IMG/VR virus record: IMGVR_UViG_3300042554_001676
Location: 7,965 to 71,964 of that record
From: a virus
Direction: 5' to 3' (one strand)
Length of the DNA stretch: 64,000 nt
The stretch's first letter is position 1. The number at the start of each line of letters is the position of its first letter. The notes under the pieces are model-generated. The model was not told the DNA's origin. It made no database searches and worked only from the letters and a program-made list of their open reading frames with translations. Below, piece after piece: positions 37,265-47,100 of this stretch. The translations under genes and the position numbers were made by a program.

Positions 37265-37359
37265 CGACGTCTACGCCGCCATACTATGATATTAGGAATT
37301 ACTATGGCGGCGGTAACAGCAAAAGTAACAGCTACAAATATCCATAATTCTGTTGTCAT
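37261..37359 (-). CDS. small single-pass membrane peptide
   Basis: Hand translation MTTELWIFVAVTFAVTAAIVIPNIIVWRRRRR; ATGA coupling. Confidence 0.45.
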   Translation of the reverse strand: MTTELWIFVAVTFAVTAAIVIPNIIVWRRRRR

Positions 37360-37571
37360 TCTAATCGTTCTCCACAATGTGGACATCGCTTAGTCTCTTT
37401 GCGATGTTGATGTAGTACATCTTCCCACTCTTTGATTTCTTTTATGATCTTTTTGAGAGTTCTACGACAGCGGATGGGTTTGTCTTTGTCCAATTCATCT
37501 CGAAGTCTTTTTCTTAATTGACCGACTCTTTGTTCAAATACACCTAAAAATCCACCCGCTGCGTCACCCAT
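37356..37571 (-). CDS. small protein with C-terminal Zn ribbon half (CPHCG)
   Basis: 71 aa, GGAG RBS. Confidence 0.6.
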   Translation of the reverse strand: MGDAAGGFLGVFEQRVGQLRKRLRDELDKDKPIRCRRTLKKIIKEIKEWEDVLHQHRKETKRCPHCGERLE

Positions 37572-37580
37572 TGATTACTC

Positions 37581-38591
37581 CTAGTGTTTGATTTGACTCC
37601 AAACACGACCGCGAATATCAGCCTGTAACTTATCTGGTAAGTGAACATAGTCTAGGTCTTCACTTAGTTTCTTACCGTTCTTAAATGCCCAATCAAAGAA
37701 TTTAATGACTTCTTGGCTGGCCCGCTTGTCTGCTGGTTCCTTGTACATAATTATAAACGAAGCAGTAGTCACAGGCCAAGTATCTTTGCCGCCCTGATTT
37801 ACAATACTCAAGCCCATTCCTGGAACTGAGAACCAGTCTGCTCCCGCTGCGGCTGCTGCGAAAGTTGCGTCATCAGGGGCAACAAAGTTACCGGCTCGGT
37901 TCTGTAACAACATGTAATTCATATTGTTTTTCTTTACATAGGCGTATTCAACATAACCTATGCTGCCTTTTACTCTATTTACATTGGCAGCAACACCTTC
38001 ATTGCCTTTACCACCAACTGAACTGGTAGCAGGCCATTTTACTGCTGCGCCACGGCCCACACGCTTTTCCCATTCTGGGCTTACCACGGTCAAGTAGTCA
38101 GTCCAGTTAAATGTGGTTCCGCTTCCATCAGCACGATGAACCACAGTGATGTTTTGGTCAGGCAACTTCTTACCTGGGTTTAATGCTTGTAGTTTTGCAT
38201 CATTCCACTTGGTGATGTTACCCATAAACACTTCGGCAAGCACAGGGCCTGTGATGCGAAGTTCACCTGGCTTGAAGCCATCAAGATTAACCACAGGCAC
38301 TGTGCCACCGATGATAGCAGGGAATTGAACTTGTCCCAATTTGTCAAGGTCTTCCCCTTTTACCGGAGCATCACTTGCTCCGAATGAAACTGTCTTATTA
38401 TTGATTTGACGAATACCACCTGAACTACCAATGCTTTGATAGTTTAGTGTATTGCCAGTGGCTTTATTGTATGCTTCGGCCCATTTGGCGTAGATAGGAT
38501 AGGGAAATGTAGCACCGGCTCCGGTGATTTCTGCTGCGGTTACTGCTGCTGAAAATACTGCTGCGGCTAGCAAGGCAAATATTTTTTTCAT
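37581..38591 (-). CDS. pstS: phosphate ABC transporter substrate-binding protein
   Basis: Signal peptide, GAGATFPYP, YQSIGSSGG, FGASDAP, RADGSGTT, GKGNEGV. Confidence 0.96.
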   Translation of the reverse strand: MKKIFALLAAAVFSAAVTAAEITGAGATFPYPIYAKWAEAYNKATGNTLNYQSIGSSGGIRQINNKTVSFGASDAPVKGEDLDKLGQVQFPAIIGGTVPVVNLDGFKPGELRITGPVLAEVFMGNITKWNDAKLQALNPGKKLPDQNITVVHRADGSGTTFNWTDYLTVVSPEWEKRVGRGAAVKWPATSSVGGKGNEGVAANVNRVKGSIGYVEYAYVKKNNMNYMLLQNRAGNFVAPDDATFAAAAAGADWFSVPGMGLSIVNQGGKDTWPVTTASFIIMYKEPADKRASQEVIKFFDWAFKNGKKLSEDLDYVHLPDKLQADIRGRVWSQIKH

Positions 38592-38638
38592 TGACGATCT
38601 CCTTGTGTGTCAAAATATTTACCATTATATTAGCATTT

Positions 38639-38660
38639 AATTATTACAGAATTATTACAA
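38639..38660 (-). promoter_or_regulatory. Pho box (PhoB site) upstream of pstS
   Basis: Two 11-bp direct repeats TTGTAATAATT CTGTAATAATT resembling CTGTCAT-A(A/T)A(T/A); followed by TATAAT and TAAATA. Confidence 0.7.
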
Positions 38661-38897
38661 TCAGTGTTTTACGGCAAACCAGCTAGAAATCATTGCTCGC
38701 ATGATAACCAAATCTGACTCTTGGTTAATTACAATAGGCTCATCAATGTCCGGCATGTCCTGCCATGCAGTCTCAGGAAACCTAAGGAATAAAAAGATGT
38801 CACGCCATGTGGTAGTGACACCTTGCTGATAACAAAGTTCAATTACTTGTAATATACCATCTACAACTTCTTTATGTTTCTTTTCGAGTTGGTTCAT
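38661..38897 (-). CDS. hypothetical protein
   Basis: 78 aa ORF. Confidence 0.55.
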   Translation of the reverse strand: MNQLEKKHKEVVDGILQVIELCYQQGVTTTWRDIFLFLRFPETAWQDMPDIDEPIVINQESDLVIMRAMISSWFAVKH

Positions 38898-39058
38898 TGG
38901 GTTTATCCAAAGAATCAGGGGTCTTGTGCCCCTGCATTCTACGAAATTCTCGATTAATTTCTTCCATGATAGGATCTACTTTAGTACTGGTATCACGGTA
39001 TGGTTGTGTACCAGTACGCTCAGGAACATGCGGTCTTCTACGAAACCAAGTCATAGTA

Positions 39059-39463
39059 CTACTCCTTTTTGCTAGCCTCCTTATCCTTGGCATCTTTGTC
39101 TGCTGCTCTTTGGGCAGCAGCACCAGCCATAGCAGCTTCTTTGCCAGTACCAGCCAGCATGATGCCTGACAGTGTACCACAAAGGAAAGTCGCTACAGGG
39201 ATAATCAGTTCGAAAAATTTCTGATCAATGGGACTAATAGCATTAAGAGGCTGAGTGACAAACATAATGCTATAGAGAACCGTAAATACAATGCCAATAA
39301 GAGTGAAGGCCAAGCAGCACCCAATAATGAACTTAAGTCGTACCATAAGTTCATTTTCTGTATAGCGCTCTCCTTTACGGCTAACAGCAGGTTTAGTATC
39401 ATTTGGTTTAGCGTCCATGTTAGTTAACACCTTATCAATCACAGTATCTACTTTATCTTGCAT
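39059..39463 (-). CDS. two-TM membrane protein
   Basis: Two hydrophobic helices; PIDQKFFELIIPVATFLCGTLSGIML. Confidence 0.7.
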   Translation of the reverse strand: MQDKVDTVIDKVLTNMDAKPNDTKPAVSRKGERYTENELMVRLKFIIGCCLAFTLIGIVFTVLYSIMFVTQPLNAISPIDQKFFELIIPVATFLCGTLSGIMLAGTGKEAAMAGAAAQRAADKDAKDKEASKKE

Positions 39464-39648
39464 GGGTTTTCATCCTTGAATATGTGCTCTGGGCAAGTTC
39501 GATTGATTTCGCAATGTGGTTTCTTACATTCTTGGCTGTCCCAATTGTCAGGATTTTGGCAGGGATACCTATAATGTTGAAAATTACAGCTTGCCAACAT
39601 CATAAGAGCAATCAGTGTAACCAGTCTTACCACGGCAACCACATCCAC
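39448..39648 (-). CDS. small Cys-rich lipoprotein
   Basis: Lipobox LASC; YRYPCQNPDNW...C...C...C. Confidence 0.6.
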   Translation of the reverse strand: MDVVAVVRLVTLIALMMLASCNFQHYRYPCQNPDNWDSQECKKPHCEINRTCPEHIFKDENPCKIK

Positions 39649-40151
39649 AAGGCCTGGCTTACTATCAATGACCCTAGAGCTCCTACCACAGTACTAACAT
39701 AAAACATAGGCATACTGGCTGCTAATATACTAGCAGTTAGTAACACAATTGAAATCTGTAAAATGCTACCGCCCCAGGTAAACCATGGTGAACGTTTCTT
39801 GGCTTCATCACGTTCGGCTTCAAGTACTTTGGCCTTTTCCATGATTTCTTTCTTGTCTTTGTCCATGCGCTCTTTTTCAGCCATGAACTTTTCTTTGTTT
39901 GCAGGAATCTGTGTTTCGGCTGCATTGATTTCATAAAGTACACCACGCACATTCTTAGCTTGATACCATGCCCACATGTTATTAGCTTGTATGGTATTGT
40001 TTTGAATCTTGCTGGAGTTTGAGCCACCTATCATGGTGTTGATTGCTAGTAGTGCTGCTAGAAAAACAATAACAAAGCCGGCTTTGTCTTTAATTTTGGC
40101 TTCACGCTCTGATCTGGAAAGGGGTTTTACTTCAGGTTTTGATTCGCTCAT
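39627..40151 (-). CDS. DUF4337-like membrane protein
   Basis: ANNMWAWYQAKNVR, LQISIVL, 3 TM helices. Confidence 0.7.
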   Translation of the reverse strand: MSESKPEVKPLSRSEREAKIKDKAGFVIVFLAALLAINTMIGGSNSSKIQNNTIQANNMWAWYQAKNVRGVLYEINAAETQIPANKEKFMAEKERMDKDKKEIMEKAKVLEAERDEAKKRSPWFTWGGSILQISIVLLTASILAASMPMFYVSTVVGALGSLIVSQALWMWLPW

Positions 40152-40199
40152 GTTGAGGCCTCCTTTTATATACTTATCACTATACTACTAAATATTTGT

Positions 40200-41435
40200 A
40201 TGGATACAAAACTAGCGACCATAATATGCTCGGATGTTATTGGTTACAGCAGCCAAATGCAAAAGGATGAGTCAGGCACACTGGCAAGATTAGATGCTTG
40301 TCGTGCTATAATTGATCCACTAATAGATTCCAGCAAAGGAAGACTGTTTAACACCGGCGGTGATAGCATACTAGTAGAGTTTGCCAGTGCCGTAGACGCT
40401 GTGCGATTTGCTGTGGAAATGCAGCGTCGTATGCGTACACTTAACAATGGACTGCGTTGGCGCATTGGCATGCATGTAGGCGAAGTCTGGGTTTACGGAT
40501 CTAATCTCATGGGAGATGCAGTTAACTTGGCCGCTCGCTGTGAAAGTCTAGCTGACTATGGTGGAGTTACCATGACTCACGCTGTATACAAATTAGTACA
40601 GCCTAAGATCAAGGATCATGAGTTTGTTAGCCGTGGGGTCCAGGAATTTAAAAATGTAGAGCCTATGGAAATTTGGAGTGTGGTTGTGCCCGGCGCCGAA
40701 CCCAATCCGCATTTGGCTAAATCACCTAAAAAGACCACAGCAGTTGATCAAAGCAAAAGTCACAGTGAGTTAATTAGGGCTATAGTAAATGATCAAGCAG
40801 CTAGAAATCGCAGCCTTCAGGATGCACTAAGTTTTAAACACGATGGGAAAATGGGTCCTGCTACACGTATATTAATGTGGCGTGTTAGTAAAAATGACAG
40901 CAAGGCCTTAGACGAACTTATTAACCTAGCACAGAAGGATCTTGTACCTGCAGAATTCAAACCATATGTTTACGCTGTGTTTAGAGAATTTTGCAGCAAG
41001 GTTACCAGTGACATCGCACTTAAAATTGTTGATCTAGTAGAATCAGACAGTCGTAGCTTGGCCATGCAGTTTCTACGCTCTGCCGCACGAGTAAATGAGC
41101 AAGCCAGCTACAGATTAGCTATGATGGTATTCAGTGATCCGCATAGCAGCGCCAGTGAAATCGAAGCAGTGATTGGTGATTTAAAAGAGTCAGCTATGAA
41201 ACGACAAGTTCCTGCTATGTTGAGTTTAGGCAGATATTACACACAAATTAACGATAAAAAGAATGCCTTTAGGTGGTTATATGCGGCTAGAGCAGAGCAT
41301 AATGCTGAAGCTCAACAGCTATTAGAGCAGTTAAATAAGACCATCAGTAAAAGTGATTTTAATAACTACAAAACTGATGGTGATGCACTAGTAGATGAAA
41401 TTAAATTTATCGATGACAATAGGATGCGCGGATGA
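40200..41435 (+). CDS. class III nucleotide cyclase with C-terminal helical (Sel1-like) repeats
   Basis: CSDVIGYS, GDS, RIGMHVG, GDAVNLAARCE; AMLSLGRYY...KNAFRWLYAA. Confidence 0.88.
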   Translation: MDTKLATIICSDVIGYSSQMQKDESGTLARLDACRAIIDPLIDSSKGRLFNTGGDSILVEFASAVDAVRFAVEMQRRMRTLNNGLRWRIGMHVGEVWVYGSNLMGDAVNLAARCESLADYGGVTMTHAVYKLVQPKIKDHEFVSRGVQEFKNVEPMEIWSVVVPGAEPNPHLAKSPKKTTAVDQSKSHSELIRAIVNDQAARNRSLQDALSFKHDGKMGPATRILMWRVSKNDSKALDELINLAQKDLVPAEFKPYVYAVFREFCSKVTSDIALKIVDLVESDSRSLAMQFLRSAARVNEQASYRLAMMVFSDPHSSASEIEAVIGDLKESAMKRQVPAMLSLGRYYTQINDKKNAFRWLYAARAEHNAEAQQLLEQLNKTISKSDFNNYKTDGDALVDEIKFIDDNRMRG

Positions 41436-41650
41436 TTTACGTTGCTGTTGTAACTGCACTTGTGTTTGTTTATGGTTTGATAATTTGGATTTCTGGACAG
41501 GCCGAACTAGCACCAGATGTAAGGAAAAATCTTCCACCTGAGGCCATTGAGTTGATATATGAAGAATTACAATATCGCTGTCTTGTGGGGCTGCTAATGA
41601 TGGTGATTAGCATGTTCCCGGTTATGACATATCTATGCGTTTATCTTTAG
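41432..41650 (+). CDS. small two-TM membrane protein
   Basis: ATGA-coupled to cyclase gene. Confidence 0.6.
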   Translation: MIYVAVVTALVFVYGLIIWISGQAELAPDVRKNLPPEAIELIYEELQYRCLVGLLMMVISMFPVMTYLCVYL

Positions 41651-41936
41651 CAGACTTATTTCTTCTATTGATTTTTTCCAGGTGTTGATCAGTTTCGTGG
41701 GCTATTTTCTCGCCACGTAGTTCTAAGGTAGTTTCTAATTTCTGATTTAGTCTAATTAAGTCATTGTCTAGCATACGAATCCGATCGATCAGTGCAAGTA
41801 AGGTATCATTTGATTCGCCTAACAGGGGTTTAATTTCTTTGGTAACCCAGTTCCATATGTACCAAATCAGCCATGCCAAACCAAACAACATGACTATAGG
41901 AAAGCCATATTTGTTCAGCATGGTTATAACATCCAC
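41622..41936 (-). CDS. single-TM coiled-coil protein
   Basis: KYGFPIV TM; LIDRIRMLDNDLIRL. Confidence 0.65.
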   Translation of the reverse strand: MDVITMLNKYGFPIVMLFGLAWLIWYIWNWVTKEIKPLLGESNDTLLALIDRIRMLDNDLIRLNQKLETTLELRGEKIAHETDQHLEKINRRNKSAKDKRIDMS

Positions 41937-42223
41937 TAATCTTTCCTTTGATCTTCGCGACTGGCACGACTAAGTCTTTCATAGTCTGCCTGTAGTCCTA
42001 GAGCATGGCTAGTTTTGACATCTATTCTAATCAGCTGGTTAGTCATAGTATCCACACGTTTTTCTAGTCTACTTATAGTCAACTTCTGACTAGCAATACT
42101 GTTAGTAACACCAGCCAGGATAAACTTGATGGCCTGGTATCCGAAATAGCCAGCCACGCAGGCACCAGCCACTGCGGTGCCTTGTTCTAGTAGTTGACTA
42201 ATTATGGATATTTCGTCGCTCAT
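41936..42223 (-). CDS. single-TM coiled-coil protein (paralog-like to 41622 gene)
   Basis: TM then LEKRVDTMTNQLIRID. Confidence 0.65.
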   Translation of the reverse strand: MSDEISIISQLLEQGTAVAGACVAGYFGYQAIKFILAGVTNSIASQKLTISRLEKRVDTMTNQLIRIDVKTSHALGLQADYERLSRASREDQRKD

Positions 42224-42885
42224 CTGTTAGCCAATGGGTTATCTAAGGCTTTCTTCAAATCTTCATTGATTTTACGATCTAGTGCTTTCATTCGAGCGTC
42301 GACTTCCTTATTGTTAGCAGCAATGGCTTTCGAATTCTCTGAAGCCATTCTATTGATTTCCTTAGTAGCTGTATTTATAGCAGCGTCACTGGATTTCTGG
42401 ATAGCACGCACTTCTGCCTTGACTTCTGCCACAGTTCGATCTACGTCGCGACCGATTTGCTTATTCGAACGCTCAACATCTTCTACAACTTTTTCAAGTC
42501 TACGAATATCATTCTTAAGATCATTCTTGATGTCTCTGGTATAGTCAGCTGTCTTGTTGGCACCTTCTTCAATGGCTTTCTGTGCTTTGGCATTGCCTTC
42601 TTCTAGCACTGCTAATCTTTTATCGAATTCTGATAGATCTGGCGTAACATACTCAGCTATCTTTTTCTTCATGCCTACATAGTCTTTATAGACCTCAAAT
42701 ACGCCGTAAAGACCGCCTAAAGTGCTGGAAACTATGGTTGCAGCCACCATTAATTTAGCTGGCGTAAATTCATAGCCACCTATGCTGATAACAGTGTCTT
42801 TGCTGGCGTATTTCTTGGCAGCGGCTTCTAGATCATCTACTTTCTTGTTTAAATCAACTTTTTCTTCACTCATTGTCTTTTCCAA
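42220..42885 (-). CDS. membrane-anchored long coiled-coil protein
   Basis: TM segment, heptad repeats, ends KALDNPLA. Confidence 0.7.
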   Translation of the reverse strand: MEKTMSEEKVDLNKKVDDLEAAAKKYASKDTVISIGGYEFTPAKLMVAATIVSSTLGGLYGVFEVYKDYVGMKKKIAEYVTPDLSEFDKRLAVLEEGNAKAQKAIEEGANKTADYTRDIKNDLKNDIRRLEKVVEDVERSNKQIGRDVDRTVAEVKAEVRAIQKSSDAAINTATKEINRMASENSKAIAANNKEVDARMKALDRKINEDLKKALDNPLANR

Positions 42886-42972
42886 ATTTAATTGTTGCTA
42901 ATATCCATAAACCAAATATGAATAGAATTACATGGAATAGTGCTGCATAATTATCATTGCCAATCTCCATAA

Positions 42973-45492
42973 TTATCTCCTGTATTGTTGATCAACCATT
43001 TCGCCATGCCTACGATCTTGTGCAAGATTACGTAAAGCTCGAACATTATCAACATTACGCTGACCACGATAAATCTCTTTAGGTGCGTAAAATGCTGCAT
43101 CTCGTAACACCAGACTGGCATATACATTAAACCCAGTTGGTGCTATTGCTATTCTGTCTATGTCTACGCCAACTGCTGCTTCATTTGGCTGTGCATTTCT
43201 ATTTACTGTGGTTATTTGTGGAGCAGGTAGTCTAGAGTCGGGCATAAGTTGACGCCCTTCAACAATCTCTGTGATAGGATTAGTTCTGTTGGTTATAAAG
43301 TTATTGATACCAACAGTGGAATCGGCTACTGCCGGTTCTGCCTGTGGTGCTGCCAGAGACATCTGCATTGGTGCAGCTAATTCCTGAAGTGCTACAGGTG
43401 CAACAGGTATAACCTGAGAGGGCACATCTGGTGGTCTTACTATCATTGCTATATCTGTTCTTGGGGGTTCGGGTAAGTTAAAATTCTGCACAGGTGGTTG
43501 ATACTGTGCAGTGGTTTCTGCTCTTGGCTCGTCTTTGCCTGTGGTAAAATTATTGGTAGCCGTCATGGGTGCAGTGATTGGGCGTATGTCTACAGCAGCA
43601 GTGCTAGTAGGGGCTGTGGGTATAGCAGCAATTTGTGGCATTGGTGGCAGCGAAGCTGATGTGTTTGCTATAGATCTATCATCTTGCACGTCGGTTCTAG
43701 CAGCAGATTGTGTTTGTGGTGCTTGTATTATCACAGGCATTACTTGTGGTGCCAAGTTTACCATGGTTGTTGAGCTTGAACCAGATGTACCTGCTGTAGC
43801 TGACTCTTGTGCTTGTTGTTGTGCTTGTTGAGCAGCATCATCGCCGATTCTTTGACTTTGTTGTACACTACTGGCTGCTACCGATTGAGCTTCACGTTCG
43901 CTGCGAGTAGCTTGTGCTGCTGCTTCATTACGAGCTGTGCGTGACGCCTGCATGGCTACTCCTTGTTCTCTGCGGTCGTTATTTCGTATCAATGCTAGTG
44001 CATTATTAAGACTGTTGTCATCACTGTTGTTTTGACCAGCAGAACCACCCTGTGCTGTACTAGTTTCAGTGGTTGTAGTTGGTGTAGTAGTTACAGTAAT
44101 CGAAGGATTAGTTGCTGAAGCATTAATCACAGTTGTTATATTGCTGTCAGGAGTATTAGTAGATGATGTTAATGTAGCAGTTGGAGTTAGTGCGCCGATT
44201 CGTTCTTGTTGTGCCTTTACATCGGCTATGACCTGATTTAGTGTTTCTCTAAAATTAGTACAATTTGGACTGTACAGGCCATTGAAATAACAAGGGTCTG
44301 GAGTCCATATAGGTCTGGTCCAACCTGCTACAGCTAAATGATTCCACACACCACTTAGAGACCAATTAACATTGCCCATGTCTAAACTGTTTTGTGTTTC
44401 AGTAAAAAGGAACCTATTGTAATAACTACCACTTTGATTGTTCCCTCCTCGATATTGACTGTCTGAGTACAATGTTACATTATTTTTGTTAGTCACACTA
44501 AAATTAACTGTAGCGCCACCGTCGGTACGCCAGTCGGTACACCAAAATAGAAAAGTATTGTAACATGCTCCATAGTTAGCCCAGTTAAATCCGTATTCGA
44601 ATCCATGTAACTGAACACCACCGCCTATGTGTGGTAGACGTTGAGCTATATTATAACTATGCCAGTATACTGGACTTTGTACACCTTGAATTACATTATT
44701 AAATCCTGGACAACTTGGGTTAAAGGCAGCATTTAGAATACAAGGATCTACGCTGTAATTAGCTCTGATATAAGCATTTTTAACTTGTGGTCCATAACAA
44801 TCTGAGCCTAAACAAGCCCAACCTCCAGCATCGTTGCCTCTGATTTCCATATTCACTGCACCGGCTTGTGCCAGTGGTTTAGCACCAGCAAAAGTCCAAG
44901 TTTCTGTTAATGTCTGCCAAGTTGGATTATAAGCAGGATTACCATCATTGATATTTTTAAGTCCTAACTGATGCATTCTATACTCAGCATTGCCCGTTGC
45001 AGGGTAATAGCCTATTTCAACCCGTAAATTGTCTTGTATAGGATTAGCTGGCGCCGCTGTTTGACTAGTACCGTCACAGTTAGTACCTATGCTATTGGCA
45101 CATGGAAATCTATAGGTTAACCCATAACTAAATCCTGTAACAAACACCGCACTAGAATTCAAATAACCGTGATTAAAGCCACTGAGGCTTATGTTGTTCA
45201 CACCAATGGATTCTGTTGGGTAGCTAAAGGTGTAACCATCGGCACCAAAGGATCCTTGTGGAGCAGGATAAGCAGTCCAAGTTGGGGCACCGGTAGTAGA
45301 CACCCATCCGGTGTCTGAAGTTAGAGCACCATTGGGTATAAGATTACCTGTAGTGCTGTCTATGCTGTAGCCACTGGGTGTATTTGGCGATCCAGTGGTT
45401 ACAGTCTGACTATAAGCCACAGTTATACAGCCAACAATAAACAACACTATGACAAATATAACTCCAGTAGTATGTTTGTATCCGTATTTCAT
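42973..45492 (-). CDS. large secreted protein (Cys-containing beta domains plus Q/A/P/T-rich stalk)
   Basis: Signal peptide; two DPCxxNxxxxPxC motifs; low-complexity C-terminal half. Confidence 0.75.
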   Translation of the reverse strand: MKYGYKHTTGVIFVIVLFIVGCITVAYSQTVTTGSPNTPSGYSIDSTTGNLIPNGALTSDTGWVSTTGAPTWTAYPAPQGSFGADGYTFSYPTESIGVNNISLSGFNHGYLNSSAVFVTGFSYGLTYRFPCANSIGTNCDGTSQTAAPANPIQDNLRVEIGYYPATGNAEYRMHQLGLKNINDGNPAYNPTWQTLTETWTFAGAKPLAQAGAVNMEIRGNDAGGWACLGSDCYGPQVKNAYIRANYSVDPCILNAAFNPSCPGFNNVIQGVQSPVYWHSYNIAQRLPHIGGGVQLHGFEYGFNWANYGACYNTFLFWCTDWRTDGGATVNFSVTNKNNVTLYSDSQYRGGNNQSGSYYNRFLFTETQNSLDMGNVNWSLSGVWNHLAVAGWTRPIWTPDPCYFNGLYSPNCTNFRETLNQVIADVKAQQERIGALTPTATLTSSTNTPDSNITTVINASATNPSITVTTTPTTTTETSTAQGGSAGQNNSDDNSLNNALALIRNNDRREQGVAMQASRTARNEAAAQATRSEREAQSVAASSVQQSQRIGDDAAQQAQQQAQESATAGTSGSSSTTMVNLAPQVMPVIIQAPQTQSAARTDVQDDRSIANTSASLPPMPQIAAIPTAPTSTAAVDIRPITAPMTATNNFTTGKDEPRAETTAQYQPPVQNFNLPEPPRTDIAMIVRPPDVPSQVIPVAPVALQELAAPMQMSLAAPQAEPAVADSTVGINNFITNRTNPITEIVEGRQLMPDSRLPAPQITTVNRNAQPNEAAVGVDIDRIAIAPTGFNVYASLVLRDAAFYAPKEIYRGQRNVDNVRALRNLAQDRRHGEMVDQQYRR

Positions 45493-47021
45493 TACTGTTT
45501 ATCTGCGTCCAATGTACTAGTGCTTACAGCAACTTTATCAATCAAACGAGGAATCAGTTGTGGATTCTTGGTCCAAAATTCACGAGCTTGTTCACCAATC
45601 AGACCGTTAACTGGGCAAGGAGTTCCAGCTGCCATCATAGCGTCCCATACTCGACGATCTTGACACATAGTAGCCACAGCGGCAACTTTCATGCCCATAT
45701 CGTATAGTGTTTTGCTCAATTTTAATCTTTCGCAATTTAAGTCACGATTGGTTGACCCAAAACTTACACCTAATACCTGGGTTTGTGCAGCTCCTGAAAC
45801 ACCAGTCACGCATAGATCTGTGCCTGCACTCATCATAGCAGGTGCAATTGCAGTAGGCGGTGGTTGAATCACTCTTTGCGTGACTTCACTTTTGTTGATG
45901 TTAACATTGGTGTTATCAGTTTTGACTGTTTGGTCACTAGTACTAACACTGGTGCTGACATTGACGTTTCTGTTGTCAGTGGTAGCAGTGCTGGTACTAG
46001 AATTGATATTACGATTGGTCATGTCACCAGTCTGGATATTGTTGTTGGTGCTAACGTTGGTATTGGTAGTGGTAGCATTAGTTGTATTAATGTTGCGATT
46101 GGTCATGTCTCCAGTTTGAATATTGTTGTTGGTATTAACAGCGGTGCTGTTACTGGTGTTAGTATTGACATTACGCACAGTGGCATCGCCATAGTTAAAA
46201 TTGGTACTAGAGTTGGTATTGTTGTTAGTACTGGTACTTACATTGTTGTTGTTGTAGGTCATGGTTCCAGTGTTAACATTGTAATTTTGATTAGTGCTGG
46301 TACTGGTATTAACATTGTTGTTATTGTAAGTAACAGAGCCACTCATGATGTTTCGGTTAGTGTTATCGCTGCTGGTTACATTATTGTTGTTGTAAGTCAT
46401 AGTACCAGAGTTGATATTGTTGTTGGTGTTGGTACTAGTGGTGCTGTTGACATTGTTGTTATTGTAAGTCATGGTACCAGAGTTGATATTGTTGTTGGTA
46501 TTAGTACTAGTGCTGGTATTTTGGTTCACGTTAGTCAGTGTTCCACTTTGCACATTGTTATTGGTATAAGTAACCGAACCACTCATGGCATTGTTGTTAT
46601 TATAGGTCACTGTACCACTCATATTGTTGTTATTGTTGTTGGTTAGTGTACCACTTTGGATGTTATTGTTGGTATTAACGTTGGTGCTAGTACTGGTACT
46701 GTTGTTGGTATTAACATTGGTGTTGGTACTAGTGCTGGTCATTGTACTATTATTAGTATTATTGCTCACACTAGTGCTGACATTATTAGTACTAACCGTG
46801 CTGGTACTATTACTGGTACTATTAGTGTCTACCAGGCTTTTGCTGTCGTAAGTGGTTTGGTTGATTAAGCCAATGGTCACTGTACTGGTATTATTGGTTG
46901 TGGTGCCACCAGCAGTACTGCTAGTACTAGTGCTAGTGGTCTGAGCTTGTGACACAGACATAAAACTGGCGATCATAAAAATGATCATAAGACGTTGTAG
47001 CATGATTTTTCCTCTAATCAC
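45492..47021 (-). CDS. secreted Asn/Thr/Ser-repeat protein with Cys-rich C-terminal domain
   Basis: Signal peptide; repeats NTNNNINSGTMTYNNNNV; C-term PPTAIAP...CERLKLSKTLYDMGMKVAAVATMCQD...GTPCP. Confidence 0.8.
   Translation of the reverse strand: MIRGKIMLQRLMIIFMIASFMSVSQAQTTSTSTSSTAGGTTTNNTSTVTIGLINQTTYDSKSLVDTNSTSNSTSTVSTNNVSTSVSNNTNNSTMTSTSTNTNVNTNNSTSTSTNVNTNNNIQSGTLTNNNNNNMSGTVTYNNNNAMSGSVTYTNNNVQSGTLTNVNQNTSTSTNTNNNINSGTMTYNNNNVNSTTSTNTNNNINSGTMTYNNNNVTSSDNTNRNIMSGSVTYNNNNVNTSTSTNQNYNVNTGTMTYNNNNVSTSTNNNTNSSTNFNYGDATVRNVNTNTSNSTAVNTNNNIQTGDMTNRNINTTNATTTNTNVSTNNNIQTGDMTNRNINSSTSTATTDNRNVNVSTSVSTSDQTVKTDNTNVNINKSEVTQRVIQPPPTAIAPAMMSAGTDLCVTGVSGAAQTQVLGVSFGSTNRDLNCERLKLSKTLYDMGMKVAAVATMCQDRRVWDAMMAAGTPCPVNGLIGEQAREFWTKNPQLIPRLIDKVAVSTSTLDADKQ
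45890..46830 (-). repeat. imperfect coding tandem repeats (~22-24 aa period)
   Basis: Recurrent N(I/V/M)(Q/N)(S/T)G(T/S/D)(M/L/V)T(Y/N)NNNN units. Confidence 0.8.
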
Positions 47022-47100
47022 TCATATCGAACTCCGGAATTGTTGAATTAACATATATTATTTAAGATCACACCATGGTCTACTAATGTACACACAAAAC

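Noticed and set aside
46000-46700. Repeated DNA units resembling a CRISPR or satellite array
   Set aside because: Repeats are in-frame, degenerate at third positions and lack unique spacers; no cas genes in the window
45864-46868. Plus-strand ORFs of 70-260 aa rich in Val/Leu/Ile
   Set aside because: Antisense shadows of the Asn/Thr-repeat gene (AAC/ACC codons read as GTT/GGT); no RBS or independent features
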